DNA from: Owenia fusiformis
Taxonomy: Eukaryota
NCBI GenBank assembly: GCA_903813345.2
Contig: CAIIXF020000001.1
Location: forward strand, 4,216,001-4,280,000
Length of the DNA stretch: 64,000 nucleotides
Direction of reading: 5' to 3'
In this document: positions 11,629 to 23,890 of the stretch, one piece after another
How the letters are laid out: each line of letters opens with the position of its first letter
How positions within the stretch are numbered: the first letter of the stretch is position 1
The notes under the pieces: generated by a model
The model's database searches: none
Seen by the model: only the letters and a program-made list of their open reading frames with translations
Told to the model about the DNA's origin: nothing
Translations under genes and position numbers: made by a program

Positions 11629-14600
11629 CTATTCCTTCGCTTCAGGAATTTCATTGTCATCTACAATCAGTGAATGAATTAGTCCTTCTCTCCTGTTTCC
11701 ACTAGATATGGCTTTTATATAAGCACTTTTGTTGCCTAATGTAAAATGTGTCTCTGTGCCGTCATCTACAAATTCACCCTGGAACAAAACACATAGCATG
11801 TTATTTATTGGAGGTTTAGGATATCAGACAGACCCACAAATATGAAAAGTTAGGTACAAGATTAGATAGATATAGGCCTATCTGATATAAAACATCCCAA
11901 TGGATGCATCCAATACGTATTTAGGAGTTGAGTATTAAGAATGTCTGAACATAGAACAATAAATGCCCCAATTGATTTCAATTGACTAACTGAATGGCAA
12001 GAATCATAAACAAAATCAAAAATGAACATTTAAACCTACAATACTGATAATGAGAGACAATTGAGCTGCAAATGTAGTTGCACGACAATGTGCTGTAAAT
12101 GTAGTTGCATGACAATGTGCTGTAAATGTAATTGCATGACAATGCATGAATGGTACACGATATGGAATTATAAAGCAATAGATGTCAAATTGACAAATCA
12201 TTAGTTATTAGTCTAAAAACAGATCTCAAACAATGTAGGTAAATGCGTCATAACAATCACATTAACAAATAATAAATATCCCACTTTATTACAGGGTGAG
12301 CCAAAAAAACGTAACTGAAACAAATGTTAATACCTTAGCTTATATTTGCGAATGTAAATGGTGGCTAGCACCTACCAGATTAACATTAAAGCAACTCATT
12401 TAAATATGAATACTGTAGATTGGGTTAATTTGGCGCCCGCTTTAATTTGGCGAATTTGGCGAAATTGAAAAATTCGCCAATATAAATCTTCGTCAAAATT
12501 TAGAATGAATCCCCGGGAATTATCTAGGGTATTTCGTCGAGTGTATTTAGGTCACTTCCGGTTGAGTTTTTTCCAAAAATATGAAAAAATGTCTCTCATA
12601 TATTGGCTCAGAACTGGTCAGTCACTTATTAATACTCAGGGAAAAACTAGAAAGGAAAAGTGCAGTATAGTAGCAGCATCAATCGAGGTGCAAAATGTAA
12701 AGGATGATCTCACAAAAATGTACAAACGTGGTGAATATTGCCAGTGGTCCTCAAAAGAAAAAATTAACATAAAATTCGCAAACAACGCGTAAGTTAATTA
12801 AATTTTTTTTTGCATATCTGCCAAATTAAATAGCTGCCAATATGCCAAAAATGGCAAAATCGCCAAATTAAGTAGCGCCAAATTAACCCAATCTACAGTA
12901 GTACCTGCCACTATTCCATTCATATTCAAATTAGTTGGTTAAAAAATAGTAGGCTAATCTGGTAGCCACTAGCCGTTGTATTCGTGAATACAAGCTTAGT
13001 CATCCAGTATGGGTTATAACTCATATTTGGCACAATTAAACTTTGTTCAATGTTGTTTCATTCAACTAAGTTTCATTGGTCAATTTCCAATAGTCATGAT
13101 GTCATGGCAATGACACAAGATATCTGTGAATGTGTAGTCAGAAAATTTCACTTGATGTGTTCAAGTTTGCCTCAAAAGTCAAGACGGGCATTTTGAGCAT
13201 GCCTTGTGAAATAGCCATAAAATTATCACCTTTTGGAATAGACCAATGAAATAATGGTTGAATGAGAGATCATTTTACAAGGTTCAACTAAGCCAAATAT
13301 AACTTGAAACCCATACTGAATGACTGAGTTATTAAGATTTGTTTGGGTTACCTTTTTTGGCTCACCCTGTATGAGTAAAAATAACACAATTGTACCAACA
13401 CTAAAATAATAACTTTATATCAAATGAATGTAAATATTTAAAATGATTTCCCTTTGATGAAAATATGATACAAAATGAATAGTATGAGGTGAATGGGACA
13501 ACTTGGTAAAGGGTTGAGTACCAAAATTATATGCTTAAAATAAACATGTATTTCATTAAAAGTGAAATCCTGGGAGCAGAATTTCCCTCTCCTGGAATAA
13601 GCCAGACTCAGGGTATATGTACAGCATGGGAACACCTCTCTCAGGTGAACACTTCAAACACAGAACATTTCATATGGCTTCAGTTTTGGATGTTATTTTA
13701 CTTTTATGAGGTGAACAGTTGAACACTTTCAGGTGATTCTGACTAGAATGTTCACTTTAGACAGGTTTTACTGCATTCCATATCATGAGCTATTACACTT
13801 ATAACTTACCGTTGACTCTACTCTTTGACCATTCACCCAGACATCTAAAGTATCTTTTTCTGGAAATACAGCATAATAGCTATTTAATTACATACAGAAT
13901 TTCTCATGCAGCAATCAGTTTTAAAAGATTGGTTAAGATTGAACCCATAGTCAATAGTCAATACAAAACATGGGGAGAATGGGAAAGCACTTATATAATT
14001 CAATACTTAGATCCGATCAAGCTTCAGCAACATAATGAAATAGAAATGATAATAGAAGGGGCATTGTTTTAGCACATAATGGAGAACTTGATGGGGTATT
14101 TAATAGCTATAGAAGAGAAAACAATACACTGTATGAAATATGGAATACCCAACCTTTACTATAGTAATACTATTAATCATTTTATCCGATAATGCATTTT
14201 GATCTGACACCTTAATAACATTCACAATAGATCTACATTATCTGATAAATATGATTAATAATAAGAATATATCTTTGGCGATATAGAGCATTGTTTTACT
14301 AAGTTCAATAACATGCCTACCAATAACTGAACTAAGTCGTGAAATCTAAATCAATAAAAGAACATGATCTAGAGAATACGCCATCAATAAATTATATCTT
14401 AATGTCATTTTACACAATGTATGTAAGCCTTGAATTATATTATTGGTTACTTTACAATCTATCTATGGCGTGACAAAAATTGTTTTATGCTTCAGACTTA
14501 CTAACATGATGCAATTTCATTAATGAACAAGTTATAGTATGCGTCAAGGTCTAGATGTTTTTGGTCAATCATTTTATACTGACAGTACGAAACATATAAA

Positions 14601-17600
14601 AGAGATAGAAGGATGCACATTTTCCAAAGTAAATTTGTATGTCTTAAATTTGTGGGATTGGGCATCAGTGAATTCATCCTGCATGCACAATTTAGTTATA
14701 AACTAAGAAAAAAACGAAGCTCTTTTTAAAAAAGCGAAGTCGAACAAATGCAAAGGGTACACTGAATTGTGGCACTTTGATCCAAATTACACTACTGACA
14801 AGATGACAAATGATCATCTTTTCCCTCCACAACCCTGTTCTGATGGTTGAAAGATGGGTGGAAGGGGTAGGGATAGAGAGAAAAGGGTTATGGAAGGGGA
14901 GGGGGGATGTAGTACATTGATGCAAGGTTATTTTATGCAAGGTTATTTTGATATTTCTTTCTCCAATCAAGCTTTTCATGAATCGGACTATATTCCCTGC
15001 TAAACATATTTGTTTTGTATGCGCGCTTAAATATATTTCTGTATTAACGTTCGCCATTAAGTTGTGAAAAACATCGTCAGCTTAAAGTCTCCATAGTCAC
15101 TGGGGGGTATCGTGATGCAACAACACCGTGTTGTTGCATCAATATGGCCAGACTTCCGGTGATAGATTTTCGTACGATGTTTTGTTTTCCCAATTTACAC
15201 CCATTTCTAGGACGAGTTGCTCAATAATCATACACATGCAGTTAGCACATGATCTATATTTTAAAAAACTGTCATTGGTATACATGTAGCATCATCAAGA
15301 AGCGATAAATTCGTGGTTTTAATTCCTCACTATTGATGCAACAACACCACTCTGTTTCTTATCGATGATGCAACAACACCAATGTGCTGATGCAAAAACG
15401 CCAATATAATGTATCATTGAACAACAAGAGAAACTGTTTTATGTTCTGTTTACAGGTGTAGGTCGGGACATGAATAAAACGCGTGAGTCAGTGGTCCATG
15501 GACGAAACGTATTTTGTTTGGTTTCTTTGTCTATATCAAAGTTAAAAAGATATACAAGGCAAACTAAATAAAGTACAGAATCCTCGGGAGGCAATCTCAT
15601 TGATATTGTATCTGAAAAAATAAAGATTATACATTTTCTAAATTAAATGCCCTTGATTTACCGTATGGAAATTGCTTACAAATAACTAATATAATTTTGG
15701 AAAGACAACAGATATCAGTCATTTTGTGTTGTTAGTACCTCAATTGAAATACTCAATTCTGATTGGTTGATGAGCGGGCAACAAAATGTATTGTTAGTAC
15801 CTCAACTGAAATACTCGATTCTGATTGGGTGATTAGCGGTCAAAATTATGTACTGTTGACCGCTACTAGGTACTGTTGACCGCTACTTCTGAAAAAAGTT
15901 TCATGACGTCACAAAAAAACATGGAAGACGGACATTTTGTAAATGTTGATGAAAATGACTTTACTAGGCGACAAGTATAGCAAAAATACAAAAAAAATTA
16001 ACATTAATTCACTAACGAGTACGCCGTGATGTGCCAAATACTATGGCTGGCCATCTGGACCAATGTATCGTCATACTTTTAACGCCGTAAAATCTACTTT
16101 TAACGTCGTAAAAACGATTTTATACGCCGTAAAGAATTACTTTTACGCCGTTAAAAACGATTTTGTACGCCGTTAAAATTCATTTTGAACGGCGTCAAAA
16201 ATAATTTTTAACGCCGTAAAAACGATTGTATACGCCATAAAGAATTACTTTTTACGCCGTTAAAAATTACTTTTTACGCCGTTAAAAATTATTTTTTACG
16301 CCGTTAAAAATTATTTTTTAGGCCGTTAAAAATTACTTTTTACGCCGTTAAAAATTATTTTTTACGCCGTTAAAAATTACTTTTTACGCCGTTAGAAATT
16401 ATTTTTTACGCCGTCAAAACTGATTTTTTTACGCCTTTCGAAATTGCGAACGTACAGAACATTGTTAATCATTTGCGAAAAAATGTTTAAACAATGAAAA
16501 CTCGATGTTTATCAAATTCCCGAGATTTCCATACAACCAAATGTGTCTGGCAAATAAAAATTCCAATATAAATGATAAATGTGACATGTAAAGTGACAGA
16601 AAAATAGGGTTTTGGATTTATATCAATCAGTCGGTAAGTCGAACATACACGTTTGTTTGTTCAATGAATACCAGATTGTAACGCTGGTTTTAATTGGCTG
16701 CCAGCTATACTTTTTAACGGTGTACAAAATCGTTTTTAACGGCGTAAAAAAGTAATTCTTTACTCCGTATAAAATCGTTTTTACGGCGTTAAAAATTATT
16801 TTTGACGCCGTTCAAAATGACTTTTTACGCGTACGTAATTATTTTGACGCCGTAAAAAAATCAATTTTGACGGCGTACAAAACCGTTTTTAACGGCGTTA
16901 AAAGTAATTCTTTACGGCGTATAAAATCGTTTTTACGGCGTTAAAAGTATGACGATACATTGGTCCAGATGGCCAGTCATAAAATACAGAGTTAAGCTTC
17001 TTGCACTGTCTCCATATTTTCTAAAAACAATATTGCTAACGTGGTTCGGAGAAAAGGTTGTGAAATGAAGCCATGCCGATTGATGATCGTCGTCTATATG
17101 TGTATTATTAGTTTACTCGGACTAACAAAACATTCGATCAACCGTCAAAATCATATACCTCGACTGTAAACCTTGAAACTACTGTTGACCTCGACCTTCG
17201 GTCTCTGTCAACAGTATTTTTTCGGTTTACAGTCTCGGTATACAATTTTGCCGGTTGGCCTCTGGGGAGGTCAACAATTGTAAACTGTTGACCACTACTA
17301 GGTACTGTTGACCCCTATTTTTGAAAAATTGTTTTTTTAATGTTGAAATTTTTTTAATTTTGAAAAAATAAGTTGTGTAAAAATTTAATTTTGAAAAAAT
17401 AAGTTGTGTAAAAAATTACGAGTATTTGACGGTTTGGGGATTTTTTGCTAAAATATGATACCTTTACTTATCAAATATGTTCACGTGATATTCGATTATA
17501 TATTCGTCCAATTATTATATTATTTGGACTAACAGAACAATTGTTAACCTCTCTTTTCGGCCAACTGGCAAAAGTGTCCTCGACATCTGGTCTTGATCAA

Positions 17601-20600
17601 CAGTACTTTCAACGTTTACAGTATCGTATCGGTATACAATTTTGCCAGTTGACCTCAAGAGGGGTCTACAATTGTATATTGTATATCCTTTGTTATCCCA
17701 CCCAAATTATGATGTCATATATCAAGTTGAAGAGTTGTATACGCTGCTCAGGAGTTTACGCTATCCAGGAGTTGTACATCGTTTTCAAGAGTTGTATAGG
17801 ATGAGTGTTGGTTTAATGATATTGCAGTTATACAATGCTATTATATAAAAGTTATTTACTGAGAGGGACTCAATGTTGGTTTTATTTCGAGAGATAATAT
17901 GATATTTCCCGAGGGCCCGGGATATCTGGGATAACTGTACCCCTATCAATTTACCTTTTTGGGCCCTAAATCTTATCACTTTTGTTTACCTTTTTACTCA
18001 GTCGGAGAGAAGGAATCCAAAGAGAGCAATAATTCTACATGTGCGTCGTGCAAGATTTCCATTAAACGTGTAACTAAACGGCCTCTCTAATAAAGTCAAT
18101 TAGACGTTTTTACACGTTGGCTCTCCAAATTGTAGGAAATAAAGAATCATGTCATATTATATCATAGATGAAGCAATCATCCCATCAACATCAGCTCACG
18201 AATGTCAGAGTTTATCACTGTTCCACAGATGGATGACAGATAATATCATGATAATATCCAATAGCTCATCATGTTTACCGAGAACGAAAGATGTTTGTCC
18301 ACCATTTTGAATGATACTAACTGGAGTCAGGGCCATCAAGCTATGGAACAGTGGTTTATGAAAATAGATTGGGTTACTAAAGCTTGCCATGTTAAAGGCG
18401 ATTGAACTATGTTATAGAATAACGTCCAGTACATTATAATATGTAAAAGTATAAATTTTGAAAATACATATAAAGGATCTTCGCCCACAGGACGTGTATT
18501 TTGAATGCCTTGAGAAGAACGCAAATATGGGTAAGCTAATTGATAACGGTATTGCAATAGTAGCATTTAAAAATCTGTTCCTCTCGAGATTTATGGTCTT
18601 CTGAAATTATATTATTAATTGGTGTTGCTGCATCATTGCTCAAATCTAGAGGAGTGTTGTTGCATCTTCGGTTTGGTGTTGTTGCATCAATAGTGAGGAA
18701 CTAAAACCGTGAACTTATTGCTTCTTGGTGATGGTACATGTATACTAATGACAGTTTCTTTAAATATAGATCGTTCGCTAACTGCACGTGTATGGTTATT
18801 GAGCAACTCGTCCTAGAAATGGGTTTAATAGGGGAAACAAAATATCGTACGAAAATCTATCACCGGAAGTCTGGCCATCTTGATGCAACAACACGGTGTT
18901 GTTGCATCACGATACTCCCCAGTGATAGTGGGATATATTCCCCATTCACCAAAAGTGCAAATTTAAATCTTATTATCAGTTGCAGCTAGTGGGGTATATA
19001 ATACTTGACTTATTGACCTTAACCCAGAATCAACACAAAACACATTTAGCTTGAAAGGAGTACTTGGCTTATCTCATTGCTCCAGAATCAATACAAAACA
19101 CATTTAACACAATAAAATATGATTTTAACTTGAAGCAATTCCCCTAAGGAGCATATTCCACTGAACAAAACATTTTATCAAATCTCTAAAAATAACCAGG
19201 CACTAATATTGTCTCCTTTTGGCAAAATTCTACACGCATGATGTGACAATCAGATACTATATTAGAAATTATCTTACACTTAGTGAACTTAATGTATAAT
19301 AACATCGTGAAATTTATTTTTCAATGATATTATACATTTAGTTCCCTAATTAAAGGATAATAAGAACATCTTATGATTTTTTTAGAATATCATTTTAATC
19401 TGCTCGGTGATATTAATGTCAATATCACCCTGTAGATAAAAATGATATTCCTCAAAATCATTGTATATCCTATAATTCTCAAGTAGATATCCTCTGACAG
19501 TTTAAATTCAATGGGCATCTTGAAAATTTCATCTTGAATAACGAGATGGATAGCAGATGGACGAACAGACAGACAGACTTTTCCCTCCTGAACTAAATGT
19601 TTGAAAGGATAATGGGCACTAAGAGGCGTTAAGTACAAATCAAATATTAGCAATTGAAATAATAAATTAATACAAATATTCCAAGTTTCCTGATTTCTGG
19701 TACGCAAATGAATAATCTATAATAACTTATTTGACATTAACTTATTCCCAATATACCATGTTAATAGTAGGGCAAGTAATGGAATTGCATCTACAAACCT
19801 GCAAACTTATAAGTTGATTTGAAAAACAGTTATTTTTACCTATTTATGTATCATTTCAATACTGTACTACGGGTAAATTTTGACGCAATAAAATTTCGCG
19901 ATTTTTCAAAATTGCAATTTTGCGGCTATTTAATTTCGTGGATTTGAGTTGATAACATTTCGCGAATTAATTGCACAAGTTGAATTTTTTCCGATTACCG
20001 TGAATCAATGCGTATCTGGCTATTTTAGCCCGTTCAGAATCTGAATAATGTTTGTATTTCCCACGTTTAGGGCATTTATTTGAATATTCTTGAATGTTTT
20101 TTTCAACTTCAATTTGTAGGATATCATTGTCGTCAACAGTTCTTGCCTTTGTTGGCCTAATAAGCCAATGTTAAGTAAATGTACGCGATTTTACTACATT
20201 CGCGAACAAAGCAAAATTAAATCGCACGCGAACAATACCCGGAGTACAGTATATAAACATTTAATAACATTTCAAATATGCATGAAAAAATTGCAATGAT
20301 AAGTTTACATGATATGATTTATCCATGTGGCAGTATTGTTGAGAGACATTTATATGTGTTCATACAGGCAACAAACAGATGAACAACAGAACGATTGCAA
20401 TAGATGAGACACATTGTAACCTGATATAATATACAGAAGACCTACCTAGCACCACTCTTGTTGGCTCTCCTGATACTGTTAAAGTCCAAGTCTTCATAAT
20501 CTTCGACTGATTTTCTGAGAACTTTTTTAAAGGTTTACCATTCACTTCGAGTGAATATTCATATGCGAATCCACTGATGGCTTCAACTATTATAGAACAC

Positions 20601-21759
20601 TTGGCTTTGCCAATATTAAAATGTTCCCTACCCACCAACTTAAACATCCAGTCTCTACGGAGTATTTCCTGAAATAAAAAAATGCAATTAATTTAAGCTA
20701 AGAACTACAAGAAGACAGTAATTTCATGAAGTGTTTTCTCAAAGACATTAAGGTGTTATATTCTCCTGGGCCCTGAGTCAATAGGCCCATGAAGTATGTG
20801 TTATACAAAGTTCAGAATATAGAAGATCACTTAAATCGCAATGTTTTCCGAATTTAGTCTAATTCGGACATCCACAATCCTTAACAACTTGTTCCAGGAA
20901 GTGAATATCAAATGTTGCATCAATAAATGACAACATTATTCCATTTTCTCCCTAAAATCATGAAATAAAGTGTGGTATGAATACACAGCACACTTTTAGG
21001 TTTTGAACATGGAAGCCGAAGATTAAAAAATGGGCCAGATACAAAGTGTTCACGCTGAGAGATGTTCAGATTAGAGAGGTGTTTGGATATACAGGTTTTA
21101 CTATATGTGCAACAGGCCTGTCAACTGTCCCGCAATTTGCGTATTTGTCACGCATTTGCTGAAGAATTTGAAGTCACGCCAGTTATTTTTGCGTGACAGA
21201 AAATGTCACGCAAATACGCATTTTACCTGGTAATTGTCAAGCAAAAATATTTATGTAGAAAAATTTCTAAAAAAGATCGTCTACACAGCAAAAATACGAA
21301 CGCCGGAAAAAAATGTACGCATTCCGTTCGGACTTTTCACGCGAATTACGTTTATGTCACGCATTCTGTTCGAAATTTTCCGTACCTACCCCTCCCCCCC
21401 TTTTAAACCAAAGTGTTCAACATTTGGAACGAGGTGTTCAGATTTGGACCAAGGTGTCCACATTTTGAGGGGAGGTGTTCAACATTTCCAAGTCACTCAT
21501 GTTAGGTGTTCCCAAGTTGACAGGCCTGGTGCAAGTCCATATATGAAAAAGGTAAAACGTTGTGTATTAAATTAGATTATTCATTCTCTGTTGTCTCCAT
21601 GCTAATATACTAAGTGAGTGATTATGATGAAGGAAATAAACTTACGATTCCATCTGCTCTTATGACTCTCTTTCCAGAAGTTGTGCCATGTTCAAACTCA
21701 ACTCTATGTATTCCATCACTGAGGGAGACGTCCCATAATGCAACCAAATCATTAGACAT
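11629..21759 (-). CDS. FAIM: Fas apoptotic inhibitory molecule, 178 aa, 4 coding exons
   Basis: Exons 21759-21646, 20668-20446, 13859-13810 and 11778-11629 (537 nt, all GT-AG, phases consistent). Translation: MSNDLVALWDVSLSDGIHRVEFEHGTTSGKRVIRADGI/EILRRDWMFKLVGREHF...YEYSLEVNGKPLKKF...RVVL/EKDTLDVWVNGQRVEST/GEFVDDGTETHF...EIPEAKE*. Confidence 0.96.
12068..12145. repeat. Minisatellite, 27-bp unit, about 3 copies
   Basis: TGCTGTAAATGTAGTTGCATGACAATG repeated; explains the repetitive ORFs at 11978 and 12016. Confidence 0.8.
12411..12900. mobile_element. Tc1/mariner-type MITE with TA duplication, copy 1
   Basis: Perfect TIR TA-CTGTAGATTGGGTTAATTTGGCG...CGCCAAATTAACCCAATCTACAG-TA; a highly similar inverted copy lies at 39556-39990. 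Confidence 0.92.
12999..13324. mobile_element. MITE, possibly PIF/Harbinger-like
   Basis: TIR GTCATCCAGTATGGGTT / AACCCATACTGAATGAC, flanked by TTA and TGA (imperfect 3-bp duplication). Confidence 0.6.
15730..17690. mobile_element. Nested hairpin-ended repeat, possibly Crypton-derived; boundaries approximate
   Basis: Duplicated GTTAGTACCTCAA(T/C)TGAAATACTC(A/G)ATTCTGATTGG; TACTGTTGACC repeats; long hairpin at 17150-17245 centred on GACCTTCGGTC with a decayed second copy near 17520-17675. Family assignment is inference. Confidence 0.45.
16042..16981. mobile_element. Foldback-type element with tandem 21-22-bp arrays in both arms and a 6-bp TSD
   Basis: TATGGCTGGCCATCTGGACCAATGTATCGTCATACTTTTAACGCCG pairs with CGGCGTTAAAAGTATGACGATACATTGGTCCAGATGGCCAGTCATA. 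AAATAC on both flanks. Units like TTTTTACGCCGTTAAAAATTA at 16075-16435 and inverted at 16710-16945. Confidence 0.9.
19860..20251. mobile_element. Tc1/mariner-type MITE with TA duplication
   Basis: TA-CTGTACTACGGGTA...TACCCGGAGTACAG-TA, with subterminal TTTCGCG/CGCGAA motifs. Confidence 0.7.
21113..21528. mobile_element. MITE with CAGGCCTGTCAACT TIRs and a 6-bp TSD
   Basis: CAGGCCTGTCAACT...AGTTGACAGGCCTG; GTGCAA at 21107-21112 and 21529-21534. Confidence 0.85.
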
Positions 21760-21862
21760 ATTGGAGTTCACTTCGGTACAGTATTTCCTTCAATTTCAAT
21801 ACTGAAATGAGAAATTCCTCATTTTTGAGGCATCTTTGTCTGGACTGTGTTAGCTATAGTCA

Positions 21863-22025
21863 CACTGGCGGATCCAGGGCTGCCCATAGCCTCCCCCCAA
21901 GAGAAGGCCCAGAAAATCTTTTCGGGCCCATAAAGATTTCTGGGCCTTTTGCTGGCCTCTATTTGTGGGCCATTTTGGGTCTTGAAATGTGCCCCCCCCT
22001 TTGTTAGCTTCTGGATCTGCCAGTG
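21863..22025. mobile_element. 163-bp MITE with CAC...GTG ends and a 5-bp TSD
   Basis: CACTGGCGGATCCAG...CTGGATCTGCCAGTG; AGTCA on both flanks; GC-rich interior with GGGCCC motifs. Confidence 0.85.
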
Positions 22026-22437
22026 AGTCAAGAGTAACTTTCAGTAACTTTAACTATATAAGTTGTCTCTTCAGTAAAATCCCCTTTGATCTGTACATTT
22101 TCACACCACTCAATCCAGTAAAAATCACACTCTTGGGTAAAAATCACATACAGGTAGATCATGAAGCTGCATCTAAATCACACCTTACAATAATCATCCT
22201 AAATGTAGTCTATCAAATTGAATCAAATAATAACCTACCCTATTCACCCTTTTCCTACCCATTTGAAGATAAACACAACTTGACGAGAAGAACCAGTCTA
22301 TTTGTAACATTTCCATTTCAATTTTATTGGTACGTGTGTACTATATCAAATCACAGAGAGTGCGTAATTCCATAAACCTAAACTATGGATTTTGGTCAAA
22401 AGTCAAAATAATGCTGGAATTATATACATGTATGAAT

Positions 22438-22905
22438 TAGTGTTGTCGCGATTAATCGATACATCGCGATAGACATCGCCAAAGCTGGTTCTGGCGATGC
22501 ATCGATGTCTGAAACAGAACATCGATGTTTTTAAAAAATTTTAATTTGCTAAAAATCACCCTTTCTTATCTTATTTGGACACAAATTGCTTACCTTTTTT
22601 CATGTCTTATTTCATTTTCAAATGTTTTCTGATATTCTTTCGCTTTAAAACTGTTTTAGCTAGTCGAAATGAACCATTAATCTAAAAAAATAACTTTACT
22701 TTCATTTCACCGTTACTATGTTCCCGGATGTACCAGCGTACTCTTATTAATTTGTTCTGTTCGATATTTTAGTGCATTAGCGTTCGGTATTTCAGTGCAC
22801 TTTTCTCGAACTTTTTCTCGATGTACATCGTGATGTGCATCGATGTTTACTACTGAAAATTGCCGATGCATCGATGTACGATTATGGCACATCGCGACAA
22901 CACTA
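22438..22905. mobile_element. hAT-like MITE with a 15-bp TIR; TSD not preserved
   Basis: TAGTGTTGTCGCGAT...ATCGCGACAACACTA with many subterminal CATCG/CGATG motifs. Confidence 0.7.
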
Positions 22906-23456
22906 GTCATTTCGACAGTTCAAATTTAGCATTGAAATTGGTTTGGGTGTATAAAAATGACCATAATTCAAAGAAAAAGAACTAAACTGGACCAGTGGAT
23001 GTCAAGGGGCATTTTGTGTGCAGTCTCACGAACAACCTACACCAGTACCCTAAAAACACAGATGATGTGAAACATATTTTGCTAGCTAAATATACTATCA
23101 AGAATAAGTAGGTCAATGAACTAACAAAATAGAGCCTTCATTTTGCCAAAATCTATCGATTTTTTACTGGATCATATAGTAAAATGTACCAAGGATTTTA
23201 CAAAGAATGCTATCCTACATGTGCACATGTAATCCAAAATATGCTAACATTCAATTTGGATCTGAAATAAAAATGCATTTTCCCATATAATATTGGTTCT
23301 TATAAATTACATGTACTTATTTTTAAAGTGATTCGGAATCTGATTACATTTACAATAGATCTGTCATGTGAAATATGGCTTATCTCCTCGTCTGACCACC
23401 TCTACTCATCATGCTACAAGGAGGATTGGAAGCCAGGGTTACAAATAGATATTCTT

Positions 23457-23890
23457 GGCTTTGAATAAAAACCTCCTACCTCATACCCAACTACCCAACT
23501 ACGTGGAACATGATACAGTCATTGACAGGGTTCAATTTTAAAGATTATTAAATCTCAAAATAGCTCAAATTATTAACATTTATACAATTCCGGCTACATT
23601 TTACGACTAGACAGATGAAAGATCTATAAATAAAGGCATGTGGATGCATTTTAATGTGTTATGACCCGAGGGCGCAGCAGGGGAATAAATACCGCGAGCA
23701 TAGGTCCAACAAGCCAGATAAAGAAATTGAAAGAAAGTGTGCTTAATTTGATGCCCCGAGTAGGAATCGAACCCAGCTGGGATGTAGTAGCAACTTGCTA
23801 TCAAGGGTCGTTACAAATGCATCTATAATTCATCATAAACTAAGGGCACATGTAGGCGGGTATGAGGTAGGAGGTTTTTTATACAAAGCC
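23457..23890. mobile_element. 434-bp MITE with GG...CC ends and a 9-bp TSD (Mutator- or Merlin-like) containing a tRNA-like segment
   Basis: GGCTTTGAATAAAAACCTCCTACCTCATACCC pairs with GGGTATGAGGTAGGAGGTTTTTATACAAAGCC. GATATTCTT at 23448-23456 and 23891-23899. Confidence 0.85.

Larger units (their letters stand above)
12290..13371. mobile_element. Tc1/mariner-type MITE (TA-CAGGGTG...CACCCTG-TA) hosting two nested insertions
   Basis: TACAGGGTGAGCCAAAAAAACGTAAC at 12290 pairs with GTTACCTTTTTTGGCTCACCCTGTA ending at 13371. Related ends occur near 44860, 48790-48844 and 51415. Confidence 0.8.
15098..18924. mobile_element. 3.8-kb decayed DNA transposon with ~300-bp TIRs, CAC...GTG ends and 5-bp TSD (ATAGT), carrying nested elements
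   Basis: CACTGGGGGGTATCGTGATGCAACAACACCG at 15098 pairs with CGGTGTTGTTGCATCACGATACTCCCCAGTG ending at 18924. ATAGT at 15093-15097 and 18925-18929. Arms match over about 15098-15400 and 18620-18924, with repeated GATGCAACAACACC motifs. Confidence 0.9.

Noticed and set aside
15098-15127. Heptamer/12-bp spacer/nonamer RSS reading of the TIR (CACTGGG-N12-GCAACAACA)
   Set aside because: Only 6 of 9 nonamer matches, both ends are symmetric (no 12/23 asymmetry) and no RAG1-like coding sequence is seen; too weak to call a RAG transposon.
16075-16435. Regular 21-22-bp repeats resembling a CRISPR array or iterons
   Set aside because: No unique spacers and no cas genes; mirrored in the opposite arm of a TSD-flanked foldback element in a eukaryotic intron.
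23752-23847. Functional tRNA gene (including tRNA-Sec)
   Set aside because: No paired anticodon arm and no convincing A box; reported only as tRNA-like.
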